The notes: a model not told the origin generated them from the letters alone. A stretch of 62,408 nucleotides of DNA, filler included, from Sphacelaria rigidula (GCA_964200075.2; 9 parts of 9 records of this genome joined end to end with filler, not necessarily neighbours in it), one strand, 5' to 3'. Shown: positions 49,815 to 62,408, numbered from the whole stretch's first letter. Translations and numbers: made by a program.

Positions 49815-50060
49815 GTTTAGTTCATGGTTGGCCATTCTCCCGGGCCATGGCGCCTGGCGGGAGAAAAGCTAGTGTACATTAAACACCGTCTCGGTGATGA
49901 TTGTGCACAGGTTATGTGACTCCATTGAATTTTTCCCTCAGTGCGTGGTGCTCAGTCCTGAGTCGGTTATTCCTTCGGGCCATGGCGCCTGGCGGGAGAA
50001 AAGCTTGTGTGCAACGAGCACCCTCTCTGTGATGTTCGTATGCAGGTCATGTTACCTCTT
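49815..50060 (+). repeat. Two diverged tandem units (~136-bp period) with a 29-bp identical core
   Basis: CGGGCCATGGCGCCTGGCGGGAGAAAAGCT at ~49841 and ~49976. Confidence 0.85.
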
Positions 50061-51927
50061 ACATTAAACTCTAACCTCGATCCATGTCGATTAGGTCTCG
50101 GTTGACCATTATTTCCGCTGGTTGGCCTGTCTTCCTATCGGGGACGCAGTTGTGTCGTGGGGGTTGGGTCCGGGCACCGTCGGCGACAGGTCATACAACC
50201 ATGAAAAACGCCTCCTGTTAAAATATCCAGTCAGTAATTATTACCTACGGACTATTATATAGTTTGACCTTGGAGTCAAAGGTTATGACAATAGAGCAGC
50301 TTTAGATTGAATCGCATTTCTAGGCATGTTGTTCCCGAAAAGCCCAAGCCCCCACTCTACGAAAGAATTCTTTATCCACACTGACTAGGATGGGAAATAC
50401 GACATTCCCGCTCCGGGTGTGTCCTATCACAGGTACTCCTGCTGTCGTGTACTGTTGCCGTGAATATAGGTCAAGTGGTGTCCAAACGTGTTCCAGATGA
50501 GCAATGGCAGAAATTATTTGCACAACAGCAACAACTGAATAAACGGTCGAGAGCTCTCATTCGATAGAAGCTTCGGCGTGGGATGCGCTAGCCGACCGAA
50601 GATGAAAATCGACCAACGATTAGATATAGAATTCACTTACAGCTCACAGCTTTTGCACAGTAGTGTTGAAGGTGCATACTGGAGCAGAAGGCAGCAAGGT
50701 GCATTTTTCGTTTCAAATCGTCATGCTCCAACTTTTTGCTCCATGTTTCAGTTCGTCGCATCGTCATGCACGGTGTGCATACCGTCAACAAACTGCAGAG
50801 GGCAAGCATCTTGAGTGCATATCACTGACTGTACTGTGGAGGACGCAGATAGTGCAGTTCAACAGTAGACTCTAGTCTGAGGGGCAATACAGCAGTCAGT
50901 AGGGACAGGTATTTTAGACAGTCGTAAGCACAACTACGGCTTGCGTCTTTTCCGTTCTACATTCTGTGTTGTATACCCTGTACTACCCGGCTATATCTGA
51001 ACTATCTGGACCCGCAACGGTGGGGGCTCGTGGGAGATTTCGATCGTAGGGTTCTGTTCTCTTCACCCATTTGGCCCTCTCATGAGCCTGTCTACTCCTC
51101 GTAGGGCGGATATGCATCGAGGGTGATCAAGCCGAGGTCTCGCACACAATGTCACCTTAGGGAAGCTCCCGGACGGTATTGGTAAGGCGACTGAGGGCCT
51201 GCTCGAGGTATGTGCAGCTGCTGTTGTAGCTTCGTCGCTGGGGTTTTGTTTTATTTTATTTATTTGACTTACCTATTTTGTGCTACAAGCAGCCCCACGG
51301 TCCTTCGTGTGCGCAGTATCTGGGTTAGCGATACTCGTACAGTGTAATTGTTTCTAGCTCTCCCGTCTGTTGGTACCTCAGATATATACTGCCATAGCAT
51401 CGATGCTGAGGCAACGGTATTGCACGCACGGCACAGCTGCATTGCCGTGGTTGACCATCCGTGCTTTCTAGAATTGCTCAACAGAGAGAAGCTTGTACTG
51501 TCTGTAGCACATGATTCACACCTACTGTACGTGGTCGTTTTTTGGTCTCAGCTTTTTTCTACTGCGCCTCACCTACGAAGAGTTGTACGGTTTGTACGTT
51601 TTTCTCGGGGGCATATTCAAGGGCGTTGCGGAACACAGACAAGACGGCACCCAAGTGTAGTTCCCGTTGTGCACAGGCCCTGCTGTGCATAACTGCACTG
51701 CAATAGTACGTATTGAACGCCCTTGTCAACCACTGCCTTGCCGCTACAATGCACGCACGAGGTAGCAGACAACAGTACAGTCTGGGGGTGACTTTAAGTG
51801 ATGATGTTATCGATGGGGAAATGTTTTCGTATGTTCCTGCGCCCTCGTGTAGCACACCAGCAACAGACGGCAGCGAGGCATCTGGATATTTTTATTCCAC
51901 TTGTACTTTGCTTCGACGGGTTCACAG

Positions 51928-53182
51928 CGAGCTGGGCCAGCTGACAGTGACTTTTTTTATGAAGAGTGGATGCGATTGGTAATTGGAAGAGTTGGGCGCT
52001 GAAATTTTGACACGACGTTTTTATCATCAACCCGCGCAGCCCTGTAAGCGATGCAGAGGAGGAGAAACAAAAAAGGGAGTTAGCGCGAGTTGAAGTTTCA
52101 GCAAAAACAGGGGAAATGTTTCGTTAAAAAATGATGAAAACAACGACAACACTTGAACACATAGGGGCACTCGCGTCAACGACATCCCGGCAAAGTTCCG
52201 ACCGAAAATACCTCAAATTGTGCGCCGTATCGCACTTTTCGTGTGACACGGCCGCACCCCTTTAGTTAGCCCTTGGGGAACCCTGCCCTCCCGTCCCCGG
52301 TCCAGACGCCTCATTATTTCAAGCGCTGACAAAGAAGAAAAGATGGGATAAGAAAATACCGACACAAACCATTTTTACGGCGGAAGGCCACAGAATAATC
52401 CACCCGCATTTGTCATGCTCGCACCAAAAATGACGCCCCGGTGCGATCGGATTAGTTTTACCGCATGATGGGATGCACCGGGTCAAGTATGTTCAACTTT
52501 GTGCACACAGCAAAAACCAGCACCGCGGCCTCTGAAATTCATACAACAAAAATCATCACCATCCGTATATTTCTATATTTTCAGTCCCGTGTGACACTGC
52601 GGCACACACTTATAACGGTGACGCGACCCCATCGGAGTATTTTTATGCTGCAGTCCGGAGGTCGTACCCGCCGAGCACTTGCCAATCGTGCTAAGCCACA
52701 TCACAGAAACCAAGTAGTATGGCCGAGCTCCCAGAAATCCCCTCACCACACGCGAGAGGATTGAGGTGCGATACAGTTTTTACGCGATTCACCGCCACTT
52801 GGAAACGGTAGCGCATCTGAAAAACACTACTTGGGCAAAACAATGGTCCTTAGAAGCTGCAAACAACTGGCCATACGTTGTTGAAAACACAGCACCCCGA
52901 AATCAGCACTTTTCCATTGCCAGTACCAAAAGGGTTAAGCGATGCAAGAGACTCCAGTTATGGAGGTCATGAGTTCGAATCCCCACAGATTCTCTTTTTT
53001 TCCGTCCGTTGTCAAGGTCACATATGATGCAGTACATTTTTTTCTTCTTCGTTCAGCGGCGGTGCTGTGTGTTATCAGCTCGGTCTGCACTTCATAGCGA
53101 TATGCTCAAGTCGCACTGATTTGGGAACTTGAGAAGTTGTGATGTGGAAAGCGAATGTGGGATTTACTGTTGGCCTAGCTCG
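51928..53182. mobile_element. 1.25-kb member of the CGAGCTGGGCCAG TIR family
   Basis: CGAGCTGGGCCAGC ... TTGGCCTAGCTCG-TA. Segment 52945-53140 matches 62035-62240, and 52018-52110 matches 18502-18600. Confidence 0.78.
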
Positions 53183-53380
53183 TACTAACGCATGCCGTGA
53201 AGGTGGTCGTGTTTTCAATTCCGTATGTATCAGTGTTGTCGGAGTTGTTGTCGATTCCTTACGCTCTCCAAATCAAGTCAAATTGTCTCCCGAGCTATGG
53301 CTTGCATCTGCCGAAAATGTTCCTTTGACGGACAGGTATTCATGCGCGTGCTTCCCGGCGCCGGGCCAATGCCAGATTTA

Positions 53381-54196
53381 GGGCGTGTCTTCGCTTGTTT
53401 TTTCGATCGAAAAAATGGGGCGGTGGAATCGATTTGAGCAAAAATTGCTCAATCTTCTCGAGTTGCGTCCAGATGGATTTTTGAGCTTTCGATCGAAAAA
53501 AGACAGTGAAGAGCGTGAAACGGTACATGCTCACTCCCTGTATAGTGCAGACCGTCTGTACTGTCTGCACTACTTGCAAGAAGTGTCTTGAGTGCGTGAG
53601 TGCGTGTTTCGTACAGGAGGATACAAAAGAGAAGCGGGCAACGTGCAGTGCAGACTGCCCAGGACTATCAGTTCTCTCTGCTTACAATGCGACGTGAAAA
53701 GGACTCCAGCAACGTGCAGTTTTGTACTGCCTGCACTGCCTATGAGCGTGCAGCACGCAACTCGGTTGCCCACCGTACCACGCAGTTGCGTCGCTGATTC
53801 CTACCATGAAGGAAGATGCACAAGTTTTCGCCAACAAGAAATGGACAAAGTACACGTACCTCCTGCAGTGTATCTATCCCTGGGCTCAACTCGTACTCGA
53901 TGCTGCAGGGTTGCGGTGGTCGCTGAGCGTGAGTTGGATGGAGTCTGCATGGTCTTGTGAAGAGGTGTTATCTGGCGTGGTGGTCTGTAATATGGGACGC
54001 AAGTGCCGCTTCGTGCCTTTCGACCGCATGTTTTCGATCGACATGGATTATTTTACGCCTCGAAAAAAATCTCTGCTCGCCGCTAATGATAATTTAAAGT
54101 CGAAGCCTTCTAGGAACATGAATGCGATGGACCTATCAGATCGGCAAAAAAATCGATCGCACTTTTTCGATCGAAAAGAAGTACTAAGACACGCTC
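53381..54196. mobile_element. PIF/Harbinger-type MITE
   Basis: TTA-GGGCGTGTCTT...TTTTCGATCGAAAAA ... TTTTTCGATCGAAAAG...AAGACACGCTC-TAA, with repeated TCGATCGA subterminal motifs. Confidence 0.75.
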
Positions 54197-54204
54197 TAAG
54201 ACAC

Positions 54205-54687
54205 GGCCGAAGACCCCCTCTAATCCGTCACGAAAATCAATCTGGTTGAAAACTGCTCTTACGGCCTCGTCTCCGTCATTTTACGCCCGACAAAAGGGCT
54301 AGGCGGATGTTGACACCGTCGAATGACTTGCTCTACTCGTTGAGACCATTCCAGGGCACATTTACGCTTTCTGGTGGCTGCAAAATTCTTTGTTGGTCAA
54401 ACTTGCATTTTCAATATCGGACGGTCAAGTTATCGGAAAGCAGGGATTAAAATGGCCAATTTTTCGATAAGGTGACCGTCTGTTGTTGGAAATGCCAGTT
54501 TGGCCAACAAAAGAAAGTGCGGCCACTGGGAAGCGCGAAGGTGCCCTGTAACGATCTCAACGAGTAGAGCAAGTCGTACCAAGGTGTCGACATCCGCCTA
54601 GCCCTCGTTTCGGGCGTAAAACGACGGAGACAGGCCACAAAAGTAGTGTCCAGCCAGATTAGTTTTTGGGACAAATGAGAAGTGGCC
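54205..54687. mobile_element. ~480-bp foldback element with ~220-bp inverted arms
   Basis: TCTCCGTCATTTTACGCCCGA...GGGCTAGGCGGATGT...ACTTGCTCTACTCGTTGAGA is mirrored by TCTCAACGAGTAGAGCAAGT...ACATCCGCCTAGCCC...TCGGGCGTAAAACGACGGAGA. Confidence 0.88.
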
Positions 54688-54769
54688 TAACCTCATAACT
54701 TCCCGGGGCCGCAATGGACCAATCTTACTACTAGACGCAGGGCCCAACGTTCCCACTAAACACACGAGA

Positions 54770-55300
54770 CCAAACAGAAATGGAGCCTAACTTGCGAACC
54801 AGAGGTCACTAACCATGGCAATGAGAATCGCATGGCTCTATCCCTGTACTGTACTTCTGTGGGGATAGCCATAAGTCCGAATATGCGTGGAGTGATGGTT
54901 GGAGGGAATACAAGGGCGGGCCGACCCGCAAGGCGCCTACAACATTGTGTCACCGACCACTGCTCATACTTCGGGATACACGCGACATCGTGGACGCAGG
55001 TTGCCCAAGATGTGTCCGAATGGTGTCGAGTTGCAGAGGAGAGGGCTAGTTTGTATATGACAACTTGGACCAAAGCACGCCAAGCTAAGGAGTTGTTTGT
55101 TGTACTGCCTCTAGAGCTCCCCCAGTGTCGACCGAGGACCTCCAAAAAGTAACTTGTAGTCCATTCGGGCAGTACACTCGCTGCCGCGGTTCTCCGAACA
55201 CCTGTGGTGGTCGTTTATGAGGGTGCCTGGGGTTGTTTTTTTGTTTTTTGAGTTGAGCCCGAACATGATGGCCATACTGATCTTCTTGTGTCACCTGTCT
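54770..55300 (+). mobile_element. 3' fragment of a second RTE-like LINE
   Basis: GVMVGGNTRAGRPARRLQHCVTDHCSYFGIHATSWTQVAQDVSEWCRVAEE resembles the RTE C-terminal GRPxxxW...W...AxDRxxW region. A T-rich 3' region follows. Confidence 0.7.
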
Positions 55301-55563
55301 TTTCCTGTTTAGTCTTTTATTATCTCCTCTCTTCCTTTCTTTCGGTGTGCATTTTTGATATATCTGGCGTTTGTTGTTTGTTTGTGTGTGTGTGTGTGTT
55401 TGTTTGTCTTTCTTTCTTTCATCTCCCCGTTGAACTCGGGGGAGCTACTTGTCACCGGTTTTCNNNNNNNNNNNNNNNNNNNNNNNNNNNNNNNNNNNNN
55501 NNNNNNNTTAATTAATTAANNNNNNNNNNNNNNNNNNNNNNNNNNNNNNNNNNNNNNNNNNNN

Positions 55564-55725
55564 CTTCATGCGACTCGCCGAACACATCACAGCGCTTCGC
55601 GCTTGGTGATTGAGTGCGAGCCTAGTTCGGCAAAAACCCGCTTTGCTCCGTCCCGGGTTTGTAGGGATGCGAGGTCAATGACCATATGACTATGGCATGC
55701 AAGACCATGAGTACACCCCCCCTCC
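55564..55725 (+). repeat. Poly-C-tailed short element, subfamily B with 5' extension
   Basis: ...TGCTCCGTCCCGGGTTTGTAGGGATGCGAGGTCAATGACCATATGACTATGGCATGCAAGACCATGAGTACA-C7. Confidence 0.88.
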
Positions 55726-56789
55726 CTCCTCGCTCCTCACATAAAATGGCATGCAAAAAATCCACATCTTGACATTAAAAAAGTTACGAAACAAAGCACA
55801 ATACGACAAGAAGGAAACGAACCCCGCTTCCAGTCCGGGGAAGGAAATCAGGGGAGAGGTGGATGGGAGGATTGATCCTAGACCTTGAGACTACAGACTC
55901 GTCTTGAGGAAGGCGGCGGAGGTCTGAAGTCAACCCTTTCAACGCCCGCGGATGTACATCTGAATCTAACGTTTGTCAAAGTGAATGTGGTGCTCACTCA
56001 ATAGATGGACACGTCTGGGCGGTCAAAGGATCATAACTGAATTACGATAGAGACAGAAGAAAACTCGGGCAGCTGAACCCCACCGTCTCCACCCCTCAAC
56101 CCCGTCGTTGTAACTTGCCGTTGGTCGATGTTCAGCTCGGTTCTGCAGGTAGCCCGGAAAATGCAGCGCCTAGCATGGAGTACACCATAGCTTTGGTAGC
56201 TCTGCTGCCCGCCACTGTGGGCGTAGATGTGCCACCAGTTGCCGCATCCATCGTCTGAGTTGAGAAGTGCAGGCTGTGATGGTGATGGTTGGTGGCGGAC
56301 GTCCTCCGACGTATCAGTCATCTTGTTACATGGTGAAGCACAAACAGGGAACGAAATTATTATTTTTAATACTTTTGGAGCCTGTGTGCACCTGGATATA
56401 ATCCGTTCATATGTATTTGGCAGGCTCGAGGTGGAAAGAAAATGGGAGTTTGGTTGTGTGAAGGCGTTGGTGGACGTCGAATCAGTTCAGTCGTGTGTCA
56501 CACGAGGTGTCGGCAGCGGTACCTGATCCTCACACACCCCCCTTACGAGCGTCAACTTCTGACATGGTTGAAATGTTCTACACGATTGCGCGAACAGTGT
56601 AACGTTGTGTGAGTTGAGCCATGTACGTTAAAACCACAGAAGGGGGAAAAAAATGGAACAGTAGATGAAATGAGATCGTTTGGCAGTAGAACGGCTTGCT
56701 TGTCAAGAAAATCCACATCAGGTTTTGTTGTCGACCTGGCTGGTATACTACGTATGTTTTTCATAATATGCCTGGTGACTGACGGAAGT

Positions 56790-59700
56790 CGCGTAGGATG
56801 GGGGGCGGTAAGGGGGGGGAATTGTGAACGCTGTCGAGGTTGGGATTTGCTTCCGGCCTGGGTGGTATACCACGTATATCACCCACGGTATGCGTAGCGG
56901 CACCAGGAATATGCGTAGGAGGAGAGTGGAACAGAAGAGGGCTCGCCCGTGAATGCAGTGGAGCTAGGGATTTGCTTTCGCCCTGGGCGGTATTCCACGT
57001 CTATCCCTTACGGTATGCGTTGGATGAGGGTGGAAAAGGGCGGGGGCTTGCTTGTGGACGCAGTCGAGGTTGGCATTTGCTTTCGCCACGAGTGGTGTAC
57101 CACAAGTATCACCCGCAGCCGTGGCAGGGGGAATATGCGTAGGAGGGCGGAAAAGGGGCATGGGTTACTTGTGAAGGCAGTCAAGGCTGATAATTTTCTT
57201 TCGCCATGGGTCGTATGCTGCGTCTATCGCCCAAGGTATACTACGGAGTGACGGGGAGGAATCTACGTAGGAGGAGGGCGGAAAAGGGGAGGGGTTTGCC
57301 TGAGAATGTAGTCGAGGTTGGCATTTGTTTTCGCCACGGGTGGTGTACCACCTATATCACCCACAACAGTGGCAGGGGGGATCTGCGTTGGAAGAGGGCA
57401 GAAAATGGGTTGCTTGTGAATGCAGTTGAGCACGGGATTTGCTTTTAGACTGCGTGGTTCACCACGTATGTCGTCTAGGGATCCGTCGTGGCGGCGAGAA
57501 TCTGCGTAGGAGGACGGCGGGAAAGGGTGAGGACTTGGGAATGCCGTCGAGGTTGGCATTTGCTTTCGCCACGGGTGGTGTACCACTCATATCACCCACG
57601 ACAGTGGCAGGGATAATATACGTAGGAGGGTAGAAAATAGCTTGCTTGTGAATGCAGTTGAGCTCGGGGCTTGCTTTCGGCCTGGATGGTACACCACCTA
57701 TGCCTAAGGTATTCATCGTGGCACGGGAAATCTGCGTAGGAGGGCGGAATAGGGCGAGGACTTACTTGTGAATATAGTTAAGCTCGGGATTCGCTTTTAT
57801 TATGGGTGGTGTACTGCCTCTATCCCTTGCGGTATATGGATTAGCAGGAGAAGTCTACGCAGGAGGAGAGCGGAAGTAGGGAATGACTTGCTTGGGAATG
57901 CAGTCGAGGATGGTATTTGCTTTCGCCATGGGTGATGTACCACATATGTCACCCACGACAGTGGCAGAGGGGAATCTGTGTAGGAGGAGGACAGAAAGGG
58001 AGAATGGCTTGCTTGGGAACGCAGTCAAGGTTGGCATTTGCTTTCACCATGGGTGGTTTGCCACGTCTATCACCTACGGTAAACGGGTTGGCAGGAGAAG
58101 TCTACGTACGGGGAGTGTAGAAGTAGGGAATGACTTGCTTGGGAATGCAGTCGAGGATGGCATTTGCTTTCGCCACGGGTGATGTACCACCTATGTCACC
58201 CACGACAGTGGCAGGGGGAATCTGTGTAGGAGGAGGACAGAAAGGGAGAATGGCTTGCCTGGGAACGCAGTCGAGGTTGGGATTTGCTTTCGGCCTGGGT
58301 GGTATACCACGTATTTCATCTAGGATATCCATAGTGGCAGGGGGGAATATGCGTGGCAGGAGGGCGGAAAAGGGCGAGGACCTACTTGGGAATGCCGTCG
58401 AACTCGTTTTTGGTTTCGCCACGGGTGGTGTACCACCTGTATCACCCACGACAGTGGCAGGGGTAATATGCGTAGGAGGGCGGGAGAGGGGGGTGGCTTA
58501 CTTGTGAAGGCAGTCAAGGCTGATAATTTGCTTTCGCCATGGGTGGTATGCGACGTCTATCATCTACTGTATACGGAGTGACAGGGGGGAATGTACGCAG
58601 GAGGAGGGCGGAAAAGGGGAGGGGCTTGCTTGGGAATGCAGTCGAGGTTGGCATTTGCTTTCGCCATGGGTGATGAACCACCTATATGTCACCCACAGCA
58701 GTGGCAGGGGGGGGATCTGTATTGGAGGAGGGCAGATAATAGCTTGCTTGTGAATGCAGTTGAGCTCGGGATTTGCTTTCGGACTGCGTGGTTTACCACG
58801 TATGTCGTCTAGGGATCCGTCGTGGCGGCGGGAATCTGCGTAGGAGAAGAGCGGGAAAGAGCGGGGGCTTACTTGTGAAAGCAATCAAGCATGGGATCCG
58901 CTCCTGGGCTGGGTGGTGTACTACCTTGATCAACTACAGTATACGGAGTGGCAGGAGAAGTCTACGCAGGAGGAGGGCGGAAGTAGGGAATGACTTGCTT
59001 TGGAATGCAGTCGAGGATGACATTTGCTTTCGCCATGGGTGATTTACCACCTATGTTACTTACGATAGTGGCAGGGGAAATCTGTGTTGGAGGAGGACAG
59101 AAGGGAGAGTGGTTTGCTTGGGAACGCAGTCGAGGTTAGGATTTGCTTTCGCCATGGCTTATATACCACCTATACCACCCACAACAGTGGCAGGAGAATT
59201 TTCGTGGGAGGGGGGAAGGGAGATTGGCTTGCTTGTGAATGCAGTCGGTCGGGATTCACATTCGCCATGGGTGGTAAACCACGTTTATCACCTACGGTAT
59301 GCGGAGTGGCAGGGGGAGTATGCGTAGGAGGAGGGGAGGAAAGGGGAACGACGTGCTTGGTAATGCAGTTAAGGTTGAGGCTTGCTTCCGCATGGGTGGT
59401 GTACCATGTTTATCGCCTACGATATGCGGAATGGCGGGGGAAATCTACGTAGGAGGAGGGCGGAAAAGGGCGAGGGATTACTTTTGAATCCAGTTGAGTG
59501 TAGCATTTGCTTTCGCAGTGGGTGATATACCACCTATATCACCCACAACATTCGCAGGGGGAATCTACCTAGGAGGAGGGCGAATAATGGCTTGCTTGGG
59601 AAGGTAGTTGAGCTCGGAACGTGCTCTTGGCCTGGGTGGTATACCACGTATGCCATCTAGGGTATCCATATTGGCATGGAGAATCTGCGTAGGAGGAGGG

Positions 59701-60765
59701 CGGGGAAGCCCGCTATTCCTTACGGTATGCGGAGTGGCAGGGGAAATCTACGCAGGAGGAGGGCGGGAAAGAGGAACGAGTCGCTTGGGAATGCAGTCGA
59801 GGTTGGCATTTACTTTCGCCACGGGTGGTGTACTGCATATGTCACCCACGACAGTGGCAGGGGGGAACTGTGTAGAAGAAAGGCGGAAAAGAGAGAGATC
59901 TTACTTGTGAATGCAGCCAAGGTTGGTATTTGCTTTCCCTGGGTAGTATACCACATCTATCCCTTACGGCATGCGGAGTGGCAGGGGGGATCTGCGTAGG
60001 AGGAGAGCGGACAAGGGGAATGGCTCGCTAATGAAGGGGAATGCCGTCGAACTCGTTTTTGCTTTCCTCCTCGGTAGTTGAAGTGTATAGTATTCGGCCT
60101 GGGTGGTATACCACGTATGTACACCCCTCACGGTATGCGTAGTGGCAAGGGAGTCTTCGTAGTGTTTTGTCGTGTTGTCGTCCCATGTATTCTGGACGCC
60201 AGTCTACACCTTTCGGTACATGTAGGCGCACCAGTCGGGGTCACACAGGAAGAAGATCAACACAGGAGCTTTTTTTTTTTTTATTCTTTTTTAGTATCCC
60301 ACCTTCTTTCTGCGGTGCTTGCCTTTTTTTTTAATCGCGAGATGGGTTCATCAGTCCCGTTCCCTCGTCGACCGTGAAGTCGAATTTTGTGTACCCACGA
60401 CGTAGTCGCTCTCCTCTGTTGCGCATGGTGTGAGAAAAAACCCAGATTACTCCGAGATTTGAATCCACGACCCAACCGTCAGAAGGTTTCGAGGTTACCA
60501 ACTGAGCCACCGGGGCGACCGGCACTTCGTAGGGGGTCGGGAAATGGGGAAGACTCGCTTGTGAATGCCGTCGAGCTTGTTTTTGCTTTCGTCCTTCATA
60601 GTATACCACGTATACCACCTATGGTATGCCTAGTGGCAGGAGGAATCTGCGTAGGGGAAGGGTGGAAAAAAAGGGAGGGCTTGCTTGGTACTGCAGTCGA
60701 GCTTGGGATTTGCTTTCGCCCTGGGTGGTATACTACGCATATCACCTACGGTATGTATCACGTAT
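56790..60765 (+). repeat. Diverged satellite array, ~29 units of ~120-126 bp
   Basis: Consensus GCGTAGGAGGAGGGCGGAAAAGGGGAGGGCTTGCTT(G/T)GAATGCAGTCGAGGTTGGCATTTGCTTTCGCCAYGGGTGGTGTACCACCTATATCACCCACGACAGTGGCAGGGGGAATCT. Units were counted by eye. Confidence 0.95.
60163..60524 (-). mobile_element. Full-length SINE family 1 copy inserted in the satellite
   Basis: The reverse complement aligns end to end with 10819-11160. It has a perfect 8-bp TSD CTTCGTAG at 60155-60162 and 60525-60532. Confidence 0.93.
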
Positions 60766-61688
60766 CGCAGTGCATGGAGCGTGCGATTGTTGGGAAACGA
60801 GATTATTGTTGCATGTTGGCCTGCAACCCGTGGCCTTGGATACATAAATATCTCATTATTATGATGTAAATACTAGAGACGATTACTTCAAGTCTTGCGT
60901 GCTACCTGGCAATTCTCCTTCTGACGTGTCTCAGACGGTATAGCTGTTCAAGGGTATATCAACACACATGATATCACCATTCTTCGGTTACCGGGTTGTA
61001 TACTTCATTTTACTATACGTCGAGTATTTCGTAGTATCGAAAATATGCTACGATGAACTGCCCACTATCCAGCTCAACCCCGTATTATGGCCCATGACAT
61101 CCATTTATTTGAGAGGGCTCTCGTGTCGTCTACTACATAATACAACAACCTACCAGTTACCCTACCGAAAAAAAAATATGCACACGTTATTTGTTTGTGT
61201 AGTCAAGAAAAAGCTCCCACTGATCGAAGGACAGTGCACATTGATCGGAAGAGAGTGTGCGTATCGATCGCGGTGGGGAACAAAGCCTTTACCCCCCCTA
61301 CTAAGGTCGCGGCGGAGAAGAAGACGTTTACCCCCACCTTTTACATAACAACAACCAAAACCGCGACCTGAACCCTTCGACCGCCGGAGAGTGATGCTAC
61401 GGTAGGTGGTCGGCTTGTGAATCAGCATAGTCGGATATCATTTTCATTCCCTTTTCAAGTGAAAGTGATGCCGAGTCATGAACGCGGTCAAAGGGTTCAG
61501 CACACGCGTGATGCCACGATAGTCCCCCCCCCCAGGAAGATGGCTGGCCTGAGGAGAAGGCAAAACATGAAAATGACAATGATGACTAAAGCCGAGCACA
61601 CCGAGCAGCTGGCAACTCCCACCACGCTCGGAATCGTTCTTGCCAATGTCGCCCATATGAGATGCTTCTTGTAGTCTGACACCAGCCA

Positions 61689-62280
61689 CGAGCTGGGCCA
61701 GCCAAGAGTACGTGTGAATCTCGCTCAGGCGACGCACGGCGCGATATCAGGAGTTGGAGGCTGAAATGTTGACAGCAGCTTTTCATGATCAAAGTGCAGA
61801 AGATCACAAGTCCAGCAAAAAAATAATAATAAGAAGTTATGGGCATTTGAAATTTCAGCAAAAACAAGGTAATGCCATAAGTCCAGGGAAAAAACGAGAA
61901 TCTGCAGCTGGACCCGTGAAGTATCAGTCCCTTGGGCGCAGAAGGTCTTCCTGAAATTTCAGCTCAAGACTCGTCGAATTGGGCCGTGCGTTTAACATTT
62001 TGCGTGACGCTGCTGTACCCCTATAAATCAAGTGATGGGAGACTCCAATTATGAAGGTCATGAGTTCGAATCCCAACAGGTTCTCTTTTTTTTCGTCAGC
62101 CGTTAAGGTCACACATTATGCAGTACATTTTCTTTCATTTTTTTTCAGTCAGCGGCGGTGCCGTTTGTCACCAGGTTGGTCTACACTTCACGGTGATATG
62201 CATACATCGGATTCATTCGGGAAACTGGGGAAGCTGTAAGTGTGAGCAAGTTTTAGCAGCTTTTACTCTGGCCCAGCTCG
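61689..62280. mobile_element. 592-bp MITE of the CGAGCTGGGCCAG TIR family (inverted relative to 24012-24614)
   Basis: CGAGCTGGGCCAG ... CTGGCCCAGCTCG. The internal sequence is colinear with the reverse complement of the contig-4 copy (TGAAATTTCAGC, TTTTGCGTGACGCTGCT, ATCGGATTCATTCGGGAAACTGGG). Confidence 0.88.
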
Positions 62281-62408
62281 TGTCATGTGCAGGGTGGCCA
62301 TTTTGTTCGTGAACGTTTTAGTGCTGGTTTGGGGGGGGGGGGGCTATCGCGGCATCACACACGCGGACGGGACACTCAACAGCGTGTATGTTCGTGAGAT
62401 GGGAACGG

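Noticed and set aside
56840-59999. Repetitive ORFs (LLVNAVEVGICFRHGW...; CLGMQSRLAFAFA...) as a TPR or other repeat protein
   Set aside because: Frames switch frequently between units, no TPR/ankyrin/LRR consensus is evident, and the ORFs are explained by translating a satellite.
56790-60765. CRISPR-like array or hammerhead-containing satellite
   Set aside because: Units are homologous along their whole length with no unique spacers and no cas genes. The minus strand has CGAAAG after a stem but I found no CUGANGA core.

Overview
The window is not one locus. It is nine separate assembly contigs of almost identical length (6,845-6,846 bp; 1-6846, 6947-13792, 13893-20738, 20839-27683, 27784-34628, 34729-41573, 41674-48518, 48619-55463, 55564-62408) joined by artificial 100-bp N44-TTAATTAATTAA-N44 spacers. 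The DNA is eukaryotic, intron-bearing and dominated by transposons. From recalled similarity of the transposon families and the algal-type genes it is most likely a brown alga or other stramenopile (inference). Host coding sequence is limited to isolated exons: a GTP cyclohydrolase II (RibA-like) exon, the last exon of a DWARF27-like beta-carotene isomerase, and one or two weak candidates. The rest is decayed Ty3/gypsy, Ty1/copia and RTE-clade LINE sequence, two tRNA-derived SINE families, many MITEs (TA-, TTAA-, 8-bp- and TWA-target types) and a ~4 kb satellite of ~120-126 bp units. The most unusual signals are: (i) a ~66-nt dispersed element with a stem-preserving fold and poly-C tail, found 9 times in 6 of the 9 contigs and of no class I recognise; (ii) a PWWP/Tudor-like motif at the C-terminus of a probable gypsy Pol; (iii) two SINE families that both carry the same hairpin from the RTE LINE 5' UTR; (iv) a pol-end/LTR/ORF1-gag junction. 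None of these is verified by database search.
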